Positions 11,445 to 25,784 of a stretch of DNA of 26,662 nt are shown here, in pieces; position 1 is the first letter of the stretch, and the number at the start of each line of letters is the position of its first letter. The DNA comes from Paraphysomonas bandaiensis (lineage: Eukaryota; Protista; Chrysophyceae). Below the pieces are notes generated by a model. That model saw nothing but the letters and a program-made list of their open reading frames with translations, was not told the DNA's origin and did not search any database. The DNA lies in the NCBI GenBank assembly GCA_965644295.1, contig CBFFRP010000013.1, positions 1 through 26,662 on the forward strand. Direction: 5' to 3'. The translations under genes and the position numbers were made by a program.

Positions 11445-14400
11445 ATGGATGATTATTCTGCAGAGAGCAGTTCCCTTGGAGGTCCTGCACAGTTTAACAC
11501 TGGGAAAAGTAAACGAAAACCAGTCAAACGTGTGAGCAGTTTTGATTTAGTTAATAAGGAAGTCAAAACTGATATAAAGGTTATTAACTCCACTAATACA
11601 CAACTAAAGAAGGATGAAGTGCTACGTATTGAACCTTCTGTTGTTCAATTCAATGCAGTTGAACCAGGTGTACGTTATGTACTCAATATATCAGTTCGTA
11701 ATACCACACAAACAGCTCAGAGGATCAGATTTTCTGTTCCAAAAACAGAAGCGTTTTCTATTAATTATATACCTGCAGGAGCTATTGCACCTGGATTAGA
11801 TGTTATAGCTGAAGTAGAATGTCAGATTCCGAGCGGTACAAGTAATTTTATTTTTACGGATTCTTTGACTGTTACAATGGGCCCACACAAGGTAGAGGTG
11901 CCTGTAATTGCAAGAAAGTGCTGCCCAGATATCGTATTTGATCCTTTTTTGAATATGGGTTTACTTCCTGAAAATCAACTGGCAAGTACTAATGTTTATT
12001 TCGAAAACGAGGGAACTGCGCCGGCGCAAATTGCTTTCAAAACTCAAAAGAACTCTCGGCTATCACTTGATCCTAGTAAGGGTACTATATCCCCCAACCA
12101 AAAGCTTTGCGTTACTGTCAAACATGACTGTAAGGAATTGGGACCTCTACGGGAGCTTATAAGTGTCAGTATATCTGGTCTCCCAGAGGATATGATCTTG
12201 GACGTTAGTGGGCAAGTTGTGAGCCAAAAGCTCTCACTTCTATCTATAGATGGCACTGGAGCACTCGAGCAAATGGAGTTTGGCACTCTATTCTATGGAC
12301 AGGCCAAAGAAACGCAGGCTATTCTAGTTAACAGTGGGCCAGTGCAGGTAAATTTTACTGTATCGTTTCCGGATGAGGCGGATTCGGATAGCCCTCCAGC
12401 GGAGAGGGCCATAATAGTTAGTCCCACCGATGGGACTCTGAACCCTTTTTCTCAGGTACCGATCACGCTACGTTTTTGTCCAGTGGCCCCCGCTCCCAGG
12501 AAAGGATTTACAACACAGTACATCACTGACCTGTCTGAGGTATCTCAAATAGCCACTCGGGCCAATATTGATGCGTTGGACATGGGTGAGCAGCAGACTG
12601 TCCAGCTCACTTTGTTGGGTTCAGCAGTCCTTCCAACCTTCAAGTTGTCTCCAACAGTATTGCGATTTGGAACTTGCCCATTGAACGACAAGAGAGACAT
12701 ACTGCTCACTCTACAGAGTACCTCTCCCATCCCATTACGTTTCGATTTTTCAAAGGGCGCTCAGTTTAAGATTGTCCCTGAGGCTGGGACACTCAATCCG
12801 GGTCAAACCCGAAGTATAGTCGCCACCCTTGCTCCGTGTCAGTTAGGAGAAATCAAGAAGATCTGCACGATGTCGGTGGAGGGGGGTCTCAGATCTACGG
12901 AATTGCGAATTATTGGCGACTGTGTTCCTTCAGACATTAAGAAGCGAACAATTGGCGGTACAGACAAACTTCCCGAAGATTTCAAACCACAACACAAGTT
13001 TGTAGACCCGGCAGAGATTCGTCGACAGCAGCAAGAGCTGGCTAGTGCAGGGCTGACTGGGGGATCCTCAAAATATCAACGTGTGAAACCCTGGGAGTCC
13101 CAGGAGTTTTTATCGTCCACCAGCTGGGACGAGGTATATGAGAGTACCCATGGTGGTAAACCAGCGAACACGAATAATGACCCTGCGACTTATAGTCTTC
13201 AGGAACTTCAGCGTCGTGCTAACCACAAGGCTACTTACAATGAGTACGTGCAGTCTAGCTACAAGAAGCGTGTAGAAGCCAAAGCTAAAAAGGCGATGTC
13301 TCGGTCCGGTACGCTTGCGAGGTTGGATCCAGATGGCGTGGATATGGGTATGGAGCGTGGTCTAGGGGACGGACCCATGCTCAAGGTTCCGGCGGGAAAT
13401 GAGCCGCTGTGGCTTGCCAACAGAGGAGATAAGGGAGACAAAAAGAGTTTTCAATTCGATGAAAATAGGCTGATAGTAAAGAAGGCCCGAGAGGGACCAT
13501 CAACTCAAGCTGAACAACGGGATTGCTCGACTGAACTCACACCAGAAGAACTGCGGAAAGTTGTGCCCTCACATAAGGTAAGTGTCGCTTCGGTAGGTTG
13601 TGTATTATAAACTCGTATCGCAGATCATGAACTTTGGGAAAGTATGTGTAAATTCAGTTAACGTCAAGAATTTTGCTATTACGAATGAGCTCCAGCAGAT
13701 GGTTCTAATCAAACTGGGAGCCTTGGAACCAGAACTACGCCAGTCTAAACCGGTATCACAGGTTGCTGCTGCTGGGGGCACTGTTATTGGGTTTGATATG
13801 CACTTTGTGTGTCGGGAGGTATGCAAGTACAAGAGAACGTTCGCATGGACTGTAAATGAAATCCATAACTTTAAAGTAACGGTGCTAGCGGAAGTTGTAC
13901 CGATCGAAGTTGTGCTAGACAAGCAGCGACTGGTTATGGAATTTCCAGGAGACTCGCTCGAAAAATCCCATTCGGATAAGGTGGTAATGACAAACCCCGG
14001 GAATGCTGTTGCGGAGTTTGTATGGGGCAATCGTGGTGCGTTCAGATGTGTTCCCGAGCAAGGTAATCTCCATCCTGGGCAGTCTATGGTCGTAAATGTG
14101 ATATGGACTCCTGAACCGAATTTCGGTAACTCTGAAGACATCAGTCTACTGGTAACAGGAGGCATTGAACAGGCCTTATCACTCACAGGAGTTTTGGCTG
14201 AAGGGAAGATTGTATTCGAAGAAAAGAGACTTCAAATCGGCACGATTGCGGTTGGAAGTGAGAAAAAAATGACAGCAAAATTGAAGAACATTGGGGTCTA
14301 CCCTGCAATATTTTTTATTTCTGATATTCCTCCGAGCTACCATATTCGTGTCAAGCCAGACCGTGCCCGACTAGCACCAGAAGAGTCTATTGATATTGAA

Positions 14401-17400
14401 GTTACAGTCGCACCTCTGGGGCGTGTTGTCTACGACAATAAGTCTTTAGGCGCAACCGTACGTGGTGGAAAATCTATTAATTTGAAATTAGCTGGTGAGG
14501 CAGTTGTTCCGAAAGTTCATGTTGAGCAGAACAGTTTCGATTTCGGTCACGTTGTGACCGGAAGTAAGGAGATACTACCCATGACTCTTGTCAATAGCGG
14601 AACTATTGATTCAGTGTTATTTCTGGATTTCACCTCTACCCCAGAATTTAAACCAAGTCTGTCTGACACTGATGATACAACTATAGGAAGCTCGTCTGTA
14701 GCAGAAGATAATGATGGCAACATTCTTGAGCATATTCGTGTAAAGGACGATGTGTCTTGCAAGTGGAGGATTCTGATTCGCTCCGGATCAACCATGCGAT
14801 GTTATCTGTACTTTTCTCCTCAGAAAGCGAAAGTGCACAATTTTAGACTACCTCTTAACTTTCAAGGACTTGCTCAAGATATGAAACTCGCCAAACCTGT
14901 GACTGCAGAAGGTTTGTTGTCACGGCTCAGCGTCTCAGCCTACACTATCGACTTCCAGGATAGAGTTGTGTCTAGAGACCCCTCTGCCAGGATGTCTTAT
15001 TACAAGGAAGTCACTTTTAAGAATGTCGATTTGTCTTCAGGTTTGTCGTATCACATTAAAGAGGTTGGGAAGGACCCTGCACCAACACCTTCAAAACCGC
15101 CTAAAAATACTGGTGGAGTTCCACAGGATGACCAACCACTGTTTTTCTTGTCTCCAACAAGAGGAGACCTAGCTGTCGGAGAGAGTACTACCATGAGAAT
15201 TACCTTTATGCCTAAGAGTAACGGGGACTTCTACAGACTACTCCATGTGTACATATCAGGCCAGCCTGATCCTTCTCGCCCGTATTTCTCACTAGTAGTG
15301 CGGGGAAGTGGTGTCTATCCTAGACTTAGTTTCTCGAAACAGAGAATCGTGTTACCACCTGTTCCGCTGCATGTTTCAAGCCGAAATCAGTGCATAGTTT
15401 ACAATCAGGGATATGATAATATTGAGTTGAAGTACCGTGTGTCCCCGACTATTCCAGTCCCCCTTGTAATAACATTCCCTGATGGAAATGAATTAGGCCT
15501 CACTCGTGAAAAGGTTCCTATGATCATAAGCGCCAAGAGTGACAGACCCGAGTCATGGATGGGTAAAGTGGAATTCTATGATAACGATGGTGAAAAGTTT
15601 TTCTTAGAGGTGTGTGGATGTGCGGACTCATCTCTGTTAACGGTCTACCCCTTCGTCCGCGACTACAGCGATAGGTACGGGTTTCTAGGGCTGGATGAAC
15701 AACCTGTTCGGTATTGCACAAAGAAGGAAATTGCAATTCTAAAGGCTGAGGAAGTGAAGCAGAAGTCTATGAACAGGAAGAAGGCTATCGAGGCACAGAA
15801 CTCGATGTCTAGCCTGCACAGTGTCGATGTGGGTTCTACATCAAATTCTACACGAAAAACACGGAAGGTTGACGTGCAGCCTCCTGCAGATAACGGGGTG
15901 GAAGCCTTACTTGCCCAGATCCGTAACAACGAAGATGAGGGCGTGGATGTTACCAGAGAAAATAAACTAGAAGCAAGCGTTGGTGACCCGGATTCAGATG
16001 TCAAGATGCTCTTGAAGTGGTTGAATGCATTCATATGCAGGAAACAATTTGACGTTGACAATTACGTGGATGTAATTTTATCATCGACCGGTGATATTGT
16101 TATCGACTGCCTCGAACAGCTCTCTGGTAAGAAAGTAGCGTCTCTCATTGCGTCAAATAATCAGTATAGAATTCCTGGTATGAGCTCTGACAATGAGACT
16201 AGAGTACAAGAGGCAGAGGGAAATAATTCCGTGGGCAATCGTCTGACTCTAGTAAACAAGCTGGTCACGAAGTATACAAATCTGTTGAATTTCCTTACTC
16301 GGTCTGGTGCTCTGGTTATGCACATTAGTCCACTGACATTACTAGACTTGGAAGGATGTCTATTGGCACGAGAGGTAGAGCTCAAGAAATCGGAAGGCGC
16401 TCGGTTGACGCAAGCAATGTTGAAAGAGCGGAGAAGTGTTTGGGAGTCTGAGTGGAAACGAAACTGTGCAGATGGATGGTCGCAAATTCTGTTCCAAGCA
16501 TTCAAGATCTTTGTTTTATCTCGTATTACATTCAAAGACTATGTTGACACCCCTGGGGTGGTGGTCCAGAGTGCCCTGGCGTCTGAATCCAAGTCCCAGG
16601 CAGCTGCGAGTAAAGAGAAGAAAGGTGGAAACAAACCTGGCACTGCACCGAAGAAGAAGGATAAGGGCCCGAAGTGTCCCCCAGAGCTTCAAGCGTCAAA
16701 TATCTACTCTCAGTCAGAGGCAGTTGTCCTGGCATGGGTGGCTTATCACCAGCTGCGTGCCGGCCGACTGCCTGATTCTGCTGGTGCGCACAACACTAAT
16801 TCTAATCCTCGTATGCCCAGTATGAACCGAAGGGTTATCGACTTAGGTGCCGAGTTTTCCGATTTTTTTGCTTTTTGTCAGGTCATTCACTCCCATTTAC
16901 CTGATGCAACTAACGAAGGGGGTACATTGACCGGATATACGTTCACAGAGCCAAGTGAGAAAAAAGAAAACTTCGATCGATTCACGGAGACGCTTAACAA
17001 TTTGCGCATGAACTTTAATGTATCCATGGAGGAGCTTTCGTCATCCTCTCGCTGTATGATGATTATGATTGTGCACCTATTCTTGAATGTACCACACTTG
17101 CTTCCGAAGACAACAATTGAATTCAAAGGCTCTTTATCGACGCCAATCGTGAAGAGTATTGAACTTAAAAACCCATCTAAAAAGTTGGTGTCTTATGATG
17201 TTACCCTAGATGGTCCCAGTGATTTCTCCATTGAAGCACGGAGCATAATGCTTGAGCCGAATTCTCTTTCGGCCTTTCATGTTACCTGTACACCGCATTT
17301 CTCGAAACCAACCAAGGGTCGTCTCACTTTTTGGGGTATACGTGAGAGTGGTGTGGGTGGATCTAATATTGTCTTTGATCTTGTGTCGAAGGTCACAGAT

Positions 17401-20400
17401 CGTCCGCCCCTTGGCACTATTAAGAAGAATTGTTTCCTTTTTGAGCATGACACCATTGAAGTCGAGGTTTCGAATCCTTTTGAGAAAGGTGGGACCTTTT
17501 CTGTTCAACTCCTCCAGCAACATGTACCGTCTTCAATATCTGCTCATTTCGGAAACGCTGCCAAGTCGAACGCTAATCACCGCAAAAACTCTGTTACAGG
17601 TACGAATCAGGCGATGGCTGCTCTTCTCAATGAAGTCTCTGGGGGCGCTGGTCCAGCTACGGCGAGGGATGATGAGGAAGATGATGCCAGGCGTGTCCTT
17701 AAGGATCCATTCTGGTGTGGTGATTCTTCCATATCACTCGGGCCAAATGAAACGAAGAACATTATTGTTCATGTGCTCCCTTTCGCACTGGGTACGTACA
17801 CTTGTCAGGTGGTGATGGTGGAGCCATCCGCCGGTGAGTTTTGCTCTGAGATAATTCTTAATGTTGGCCTACCCCGTCCTATGGAGGAGTTGCACTTCGA
17901 GAGCCCGCAGCTCGGCGAAGGTGATGCTATCCAGAAAGTGCTCAAGGTGGCGTCTTCGAATACATTATTCGATAAGGCCGTTGTGTATGCTACTGACGCT
18001 CGCCTCCCACTTAACAGGCGAGCCAAAGCGAGGGTGGCTATTCAGGGTATGCTTCATTCTGCCATATCCAACGAAGATACAGGCCAGTCCCAGTTTGCAG
18101 TGGAGATTGATAATTCGTATTTTAATGCTCAGAAAGAGTTTGGTTTAGTATGTAGTAGCGCTGGTGTTGGTGGCGGCCGAGGACAAGCGGGCAACAAAAA
18201 GTATCACAAAGTACCAAGAAATTCAATCGAGCCGTACCTTCCTACAGAAACTTCAGTGAATTCTTTGCCCTTCTCATTCTTCCCCGAGCGAGCAGGAACA
18301 TATCGTGCACAGGTAGTTATGTACTCGTTATCGAACCAGCAGGACATCCGCGTTCTTGCCGTTTGTGCGAAGATTACTCCGTCACAAACAAGTCTTGCAC
18401 TAATTTTCAAAGGGCATGCCCGTCAAAAGGTCACGCAAGATATACCTCTCACTAATGAGTCGGAACAGGATTGGCAGCTGCAAGCCTTTATCAATGGTCG
18501 TGGTTTCGCCTCTCAAAAGACGGTGACGGTCCCGTCGAGAGGGAAAGTATCATTCCCTGTTAGCTTTGTGGGACAGACAGCGGGAGAATATGAGGGCACT
18601 CTGTACCTGAAGAATACCAACAATACGCAGGATTCTTTTGAGTTTAAGCTGAAAGCTGTGGCTGATGATCCACTCTGCGAGGGTAATCTGACATACAGCT
18701 GCCGTGCGAGACAGATTGAATACTTCACGATACCGCTTCCTAATACCGCTGGGATTAACGCTGATACCCAAGTATTTGGCGTGGAGACAGATCTGCAGTA
18801 TATTGCAGGTCCAGACACGGTCTCTGTGGGAAGTGATGGTGGGGAATATAAATTTTCTGTCAATTGCCCTGTGGGCGGCCGGATGACTGGTTCCATTACT
18901 TTCAAGGAGAAGTCCTCGAATCACATGGTGTGGTACACAGTAGAAATCGATGTCACATCCCCTAGTGCTGAGAGCACGATAGAGGCTGAGGCTGAAGTTA
19001 GGAAAGCAGTAGCAGTTGAAATTACTCTCGACAATCCCACAGACGATGACCTTCAATTCGATGTTGTTTTGGAGGGCGAAGGCCTCCTTGGTGACAATAC
19101 ATTCACCCTTGCACCCAGCAAGGATGCGCGTTCTGCAAAAGCCTACGAACTCATATTTTCACCACTTAAGGCAGGGAAGTTTGTCGGCAGTATAACATTT
19201 ATGAATGATATTGTTGGAGAATTTTGGTACAAAGTGCTACTTAACGCGTTACCTGCTTCCCCAACAGTGGTTCCGTTAATAGAGTGCATGGTAGGAACAA
19301 CGAAGTCAGTTATGGTCGCTGTTGAGAATCCACTTGCCGTTAATATTACTCTTGTACCGAGGATCGAAGACAAGGGCCACTTTGCGATCAACCCAGAAAA
19401 CATTGCCCTGGGGCCCTACGCTCAGTCTGAGTTTGAGCTAGTGTTTTGTCCAAGCTCATTGTATGATGTGGTTTCGTCAGAGATTACTCTTTCAAATAGC
19501 AGTCTAGGTGACCTTACGTACCATGTATCTGGAAAAGGTTTGCTCCCTGGAAACATGCCAACAGTAAACATAACCTCTCCGATGAACGAGATTGGATCTC
19601 GGACTATACTATTCAGAAACCCATTTCCGCATCCCCTACCTCTGGATGTTGTACTGAAGGAAGTCACACCTAGCCAGAGCCCTCGGCGTAGGTACTACGA
19701 TGAAGAAGATGAGGATGACATGAATGGGGATGCGGGCGTATTTTCACTATTGTTGCGCAAGTCCTTGGGTTTAGTCATTGCTCCTGACTCCTCTCTGCAG
19801 GCAGCAATCAGCTTCAGTCCTAAGAAATTAGGAGATTACCATGCTACGGCCGAGTTCCGAGCGACTGTTGGGGGAAGGAGTTTGCTATGGTGCTATCCGG
19901 TATGCGGAATTGCGGAGGCAGGTGTGCCACTCAAGCTTCCAAAGCTTTCTGCGTCGTGTAAAAGCTCTCTACTGCGAGAAATATCAGTTCCTCTTGAAGG
20001 TCTTATGAAAAAGGATATGCGTTTAGATGAAACATTGAAGGCGTCCGATTTTAACGTCGAAGTTGTCCCACGCGATCCTTCTCAAAAGAATATCATCACA
20101 CGCACCTTCAGAGTACAACCACTTGACGTCAGGGAGATAAAACATGATGCTGAGTCCGATATGGACTCTGCTTCTGCTGATTTCGCAGTGCACTATCGGT
20201 TGCTCTTTGAGCCGCTCCGTGTGTTCGCTGCAGATGTGGATATTATTGTTGTGTGCAAGAATAAAGGTAGATGGCGGGCGGAGATCGAACTGGAAGCTCA
20301 AGAACCCCCACCTGATGATGTTATCAACCTTAAAGCGCGTGTTGGAGAGAGTGATAAAGTTTCTTTCCGTCTGACAAATCGTTTTCTTGGTTATTCTCCA

Positions 20401-20710
20401 TTCGAAGCGTATTTTACCGCTAGGTCCTCTCCTCACTTTACTGTGTCCCCGTCCTCTGGGGTACTAGCTCCCTTCGGCTCACTTGAAGGAACGCAGTTCA
20501 TCGTTACTTTTTCACCAAAGGAGTACGGTATTCGCGAAACGTAAGTGTAGTGTATATATTTACTTTATTTAGTCTAATTTTCTGTGCAGTGCTAGCCTTG
20601 TTGTATCTACGGCTGAAGCTCAATGGAACTATCAAATTAATGGCGCATATCCAGATTTCTATATAGATCGCTCTCTGGTGAAGAGTAAAGTGGACTCTGG
20701 GAAACGTTAG
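11445..20710 (+). CDS. CFAP47: Cilia- and flagella-associated protein 47-like, ~3056 aa. Exons: 11445-13577, 13624-20540, 20590-20710
   Basis: Many ASH/PapD-like Ig-fold repeats (e.g. VQFNAVEPGVRYVLNISVRN, FGHVVTG, G.L.PG motifs). Central calponin-homology-like segments (LLKWLN; SEAVVLAWVAYH...RRVIDLGAEFSDFFAFCQVIHSHLP). C-terminus FTVSPSSGVLAPFGS...QWNYQING. Two in-frame GT-AG introns of 46 and 49 nt. Confidence 0.85.
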
Positions 20711-21182
20711 TGGAATACAGTATATTTCTATTGTCAAGAATAGTTGTAAAGTGATGCGTTCATGTTTGAGAATGCTGATATGTTATCTCAAGTGTAGACG
20801 TACAGTACGGTCATGTTGTTAAAACATATGATTATGAATAACAAATTATTTTCTGTGTTTGTTGTCAGCCTTAGTATACGTATCTTTTGAAAGCCGTTTT
20901 GCTCACCTTATCCAAATGTATGCGCTTATGTTGTACATATGTGGTAATCGCATTACTGTGTCTTTACACACGCAAGACATGAAATCAAAAAATATGAAAA
21001 TATTTCATTTTTCTTTTATATGCTAATGCTACACTTCATCCTTTGCCCTCTGTAAGTAGAACTTAATAAAAATGATTTTTTTTACTTAACAATTAGCAAG
21101 CATCAACGTTTTTACTTAAGTGCTCCTCTATAAATCTTTGACTGGTTTCAAGTCCCGCTGCTCTTCCCTTGTGGTGTTTGGT

Positions 21183-21784
21183 GTATTAAGCTACATCCAA
21201 CACCTACGTACGTACATGACACTTGCTGAAGTTTATCGCTAGTAGCTATCGTATTTTATGTAGCAATGAAATACAGAATCTACACGACTATAATAATAGG
21301 AGTAGCTATAAAGTATACAGAAACTGTTGGGGCTTGATTTGTAGAATAAAATGTTGGTGTTGGTGATCGATTTGTTTCCACAATCTATTAATTTACGCTT
21401 TTAGTTAGTGCAATATTGACTGATTGATATTATAGGAGATATAGTAAGTTTATGATGTTGTAGCACTGTGAGTTAGGAACCACGTCATTCACCAACATCA
21501 ACATTCTGTTCTACAAATCATATCTTTAACAGCTACTAGATTTTCAGTTTCTTTGTATACTTGTAGTAGCTACTCAATACTGTAGTCATGTATATTCTGT
21601 ATTTCATTGCTACATAGAATACAGGATAACTACTAGCGATTGGCTTTACCAAACTTCAAGTACGCACGTAGGAGTTGGTTGTAGTTCAATACAATCACAG
21701 TGCTACAACATCGCAATTTCACTATATCTCTTCTAACATAAATAAGTCATTATTGTGCTATTACAAGTAAAATTTAACAATGTG
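21183..21784. repeat. Interleaved inverted repeats X(21183-21366) Y(21379-21471) X'(21489-21692) Y'(21695-21784)
   Basis: 21257-21279 is the exact reverse complement of 21594-21616 (23 bp), and 21454-21471 of 21695-21712 (18 bp). Imperfect complementarity extends along each arm. Confidence 0.9.
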
Positions 21785-21980
21785 CTCAATTTGTTATTTT
21801 TAGGCAATTTTAGGTTCTCTTCTGGCAGGTTTTTGTGCATGACCCTTCTTGCTATACTTTGGGTATAGGATCACACCAAATTTGAGTCTGTCGACTCATA
21901 TTGACATCTTGGCCTGTCTTCTGCGGTTGACATATTCCTACGAAGTGACTATTTCATTGAATGATATATCACCTTTCAGG

Positions 21981-23696
21981 TAGCGAATGTCTTATTTTAT
22001 TAGCAATAGGCGTTTAAGAGTTAGAACTAATTTAACTAAAACTAGTTAGTGCTTAACTCTGATATCCTACTCTTTAATGCTACGAAAGCTACTTGTGCGT
22101 CACCGCAAGCACCAAGGTGCAACTATTTTTGCTCTATCACTCAAAACAAACGCAGTGAGCAAGCAGAAAGTTGATATACCTGGCATCTGCTGACTTCAGG
22201 ATTTTTGAGTCCTTAAGGTGAACAGCTCGGATACTTGACTTCAGCTAGCAGTCCAATACCCTTGAAGTTGGTCTATTCCCGGGTGCCTGTTTATTCGTCT
22301 ACTCAGCAGGGCCCAAAGACGTCTATACACAAGTGACGCATATATTATTACTATAAGTAAGTAATACTGTTCATAAAGATGCAGTAATACGCGGTATATT
22401 ATATTAATTATTGTTGTGTGTTGTTGTTACTGCACTGTACTGTGTGTGTAAAATGAAATTATAGTACAAGAGGTAGACCGAGAAGAAGAATTTCGTCGAC
22501 ATTCGTGACGACATATCTGACAACGACCGGGAGGAAGAGGTACCACGAAAGCACACGAGCAGGGTAAGTAATACTGTTCATAAAGATGGTGGCGTGAATC
22601 CCTGAAGAAAGCAGATCTGATACCTTGAAGAGAGAAAATGATGATACTCTAGCTGCGGATGCTCCTCTACCTACTAGTAATAGTGTGCCCCCAACGGCTG
22701 TTGCCGCGTCGTCTCCGAGAATAGGTACTAATACTACTGTCAGTAGTAGTGGTGTTGTGGCATGTATGTACTGTAGTAGTGGTGAAGATAGCTAATAGCG
22801 TTGGAGCGTATGCAATCTATCCAAAATCAGGCTGTTCGGTTGGAGCGTTTCCAATCTCAAGAGAGGCAAAAATGCAGCTATATATGAGAATATGATATTA
22901 CAAAACACAAGTGGCAGGGCCAACTAGTAAAACGCAATAAATATTGCTAATAATATAACAACTATAATTGCAACTTTTTCTTTATCTTTAACCTCTCAGA
23001 AGAACACCACGAAAAAGTGCGAGCCCGACTTTTTGTTGAGGGTCAGGGCCCAATGACGTCTACACAAGTGACACTTACATTAGTGTCCCTAGTACCACAC
23101 AAACATTTAGCTATGAGTGGGCAGACACCTTTCAGCGATTGTGTCAAGTAGTTTTTCGAAATGTTGTTTTCAGCAATATCTGTCGGGGCCTCGCCTAATT
23201 TATTATTTTGATAGTATGCTAAATATATATATACACAAATATATCATAATAATATATTTATATCAAGTAGAATTATAAATCCCGAAAGCTTTTATTCAAC
23301 ATAGCCTATTTCTTCACGAAACCGTTTCACAAGTCCGGATAATATATATGATATATATCACTTATGAATAATTTACTAACATATATCGTTGGACAGCATG
23401 ACTTTTTCTCTACAATAGTGATCCGCCGCCTCGGGTGATTCAGCTACACAGTGAGCTGCCTCAAATAGAGATGATGCATGTGTCTCTCCTCTCCAGTCAA
23501 CTACTTCATATTGATAGAGGTTGAACTTCCAAAAGTCTGAAATATCAACCCCTACATGACAATGAACATTGAACTTAAAAACTGCACACTCTCAATTAAT
23601 TAAATATGATAACTGTTTCATTATCATTGTTTTTCACTATATTGATATTTTCCTGACTCTTAAACTCCTATTTTGCTAATAATAAGGCATTCACTA
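21981..23696. mobile_element. Putative non-autonomous TIR DNA transposon of family R (~1.7 kb), TA at both ends
   Basis: Left end TAGCGAATGTCTTATTTTATTAGCAATAGGCGTTTAAGAGTTAG; right end, reverse-complemented, TAGTGAATGCCTTATTATTAGCAAAATAGGAGTTTAAGAGTCAG. Internal family-R segments at 21981-22340 and 22998-23160. No transposase ORF. Confidence 0.55.
22464..22860 (+). pseudogene. Decayed coding relic: AT-hook-like RGRP, acidic stretch, PHD-like Cys pattern
   Basis: TRGRPR / KKNFVDIRDDISDNDREEEVPRKHTSR|gtaagt, then ...VVACMYCSSGEDS* ... GCSVGAF, broken by frameshifts and stops. Confidence 0.3.
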
Positions 23697-24368
23697 TTCA
23701 CTATTATTGATACTGAGACAGTCACAATGTCACAATACCCAATCAATATTTTTTACTCAGGAAATCAGGACTGTGAAACAAGTAATTGTATAATTTAGGT
23801 TAACCGCAATTAATTGTCAATTATTGATGAATTACTGCAACTATAATTGACTGCAGCTTACGTCAATTAATTGACAATATATTGTAATGTAGCCTTCTTG
23901 GGAAATAGTATTCATAGAAAAATTCAATAGCTGCATTCATTAATTGACACTTAGCCATCCTACAACTTAGTCATTGTAAACTGAAAATATGATTCTCAAG
24001 CCGTTGACTTGCTGTTACACTATTATTGCTGTTACTAGTAGGATATTACGCCAAATTGACTAGGTCCAGTAATAGAACCCTTTCAACTACTATATTTTCA
24101 AGTAGCCGATATAATTCGAAAACCTTAAAATACCATGTATGTCTATGCAAGATAGATGAAAAATGAGCAATACACCTCAGCGTATGCGTAACGTTCGTAT
24201 TCTAGGAGTTAAGATATGATTTTTTAGATTTACCAGCGTAATCCGTGATGTAAGAAATCATATATGTTCTCATCGATCTACCTGAAATATTAAAATATGT
24301 ATTACCTGTTTATTACCGCTTTCCATAATGCTAATCTATATACAACTACTGCATAACAAAACTCTATC

Positions 24369-25687
<1,319 letters not shown>

Positions 25688-25784
25688 GACGGCTACAGGT
25701 TGATGTTGTATAGAGAGGATTATAGATATATACGATACATAATCCACTATATATACACACGATACGTATGGCCACTAGACATAA

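Noticed and set aside
11614-20737. Many short antisense or alternate-frame ORFs inside CFAP47 (likewise in the formin and hemC)
   Set aside because: Shadow ORFs of long coding exons with no recognisable motifs.
21971-21981. ACCTTTCAGGT beside copy 4 matching the internal hairpin of copy 2
   Set aside because: Only 11 bp; cannot be separated from chance.
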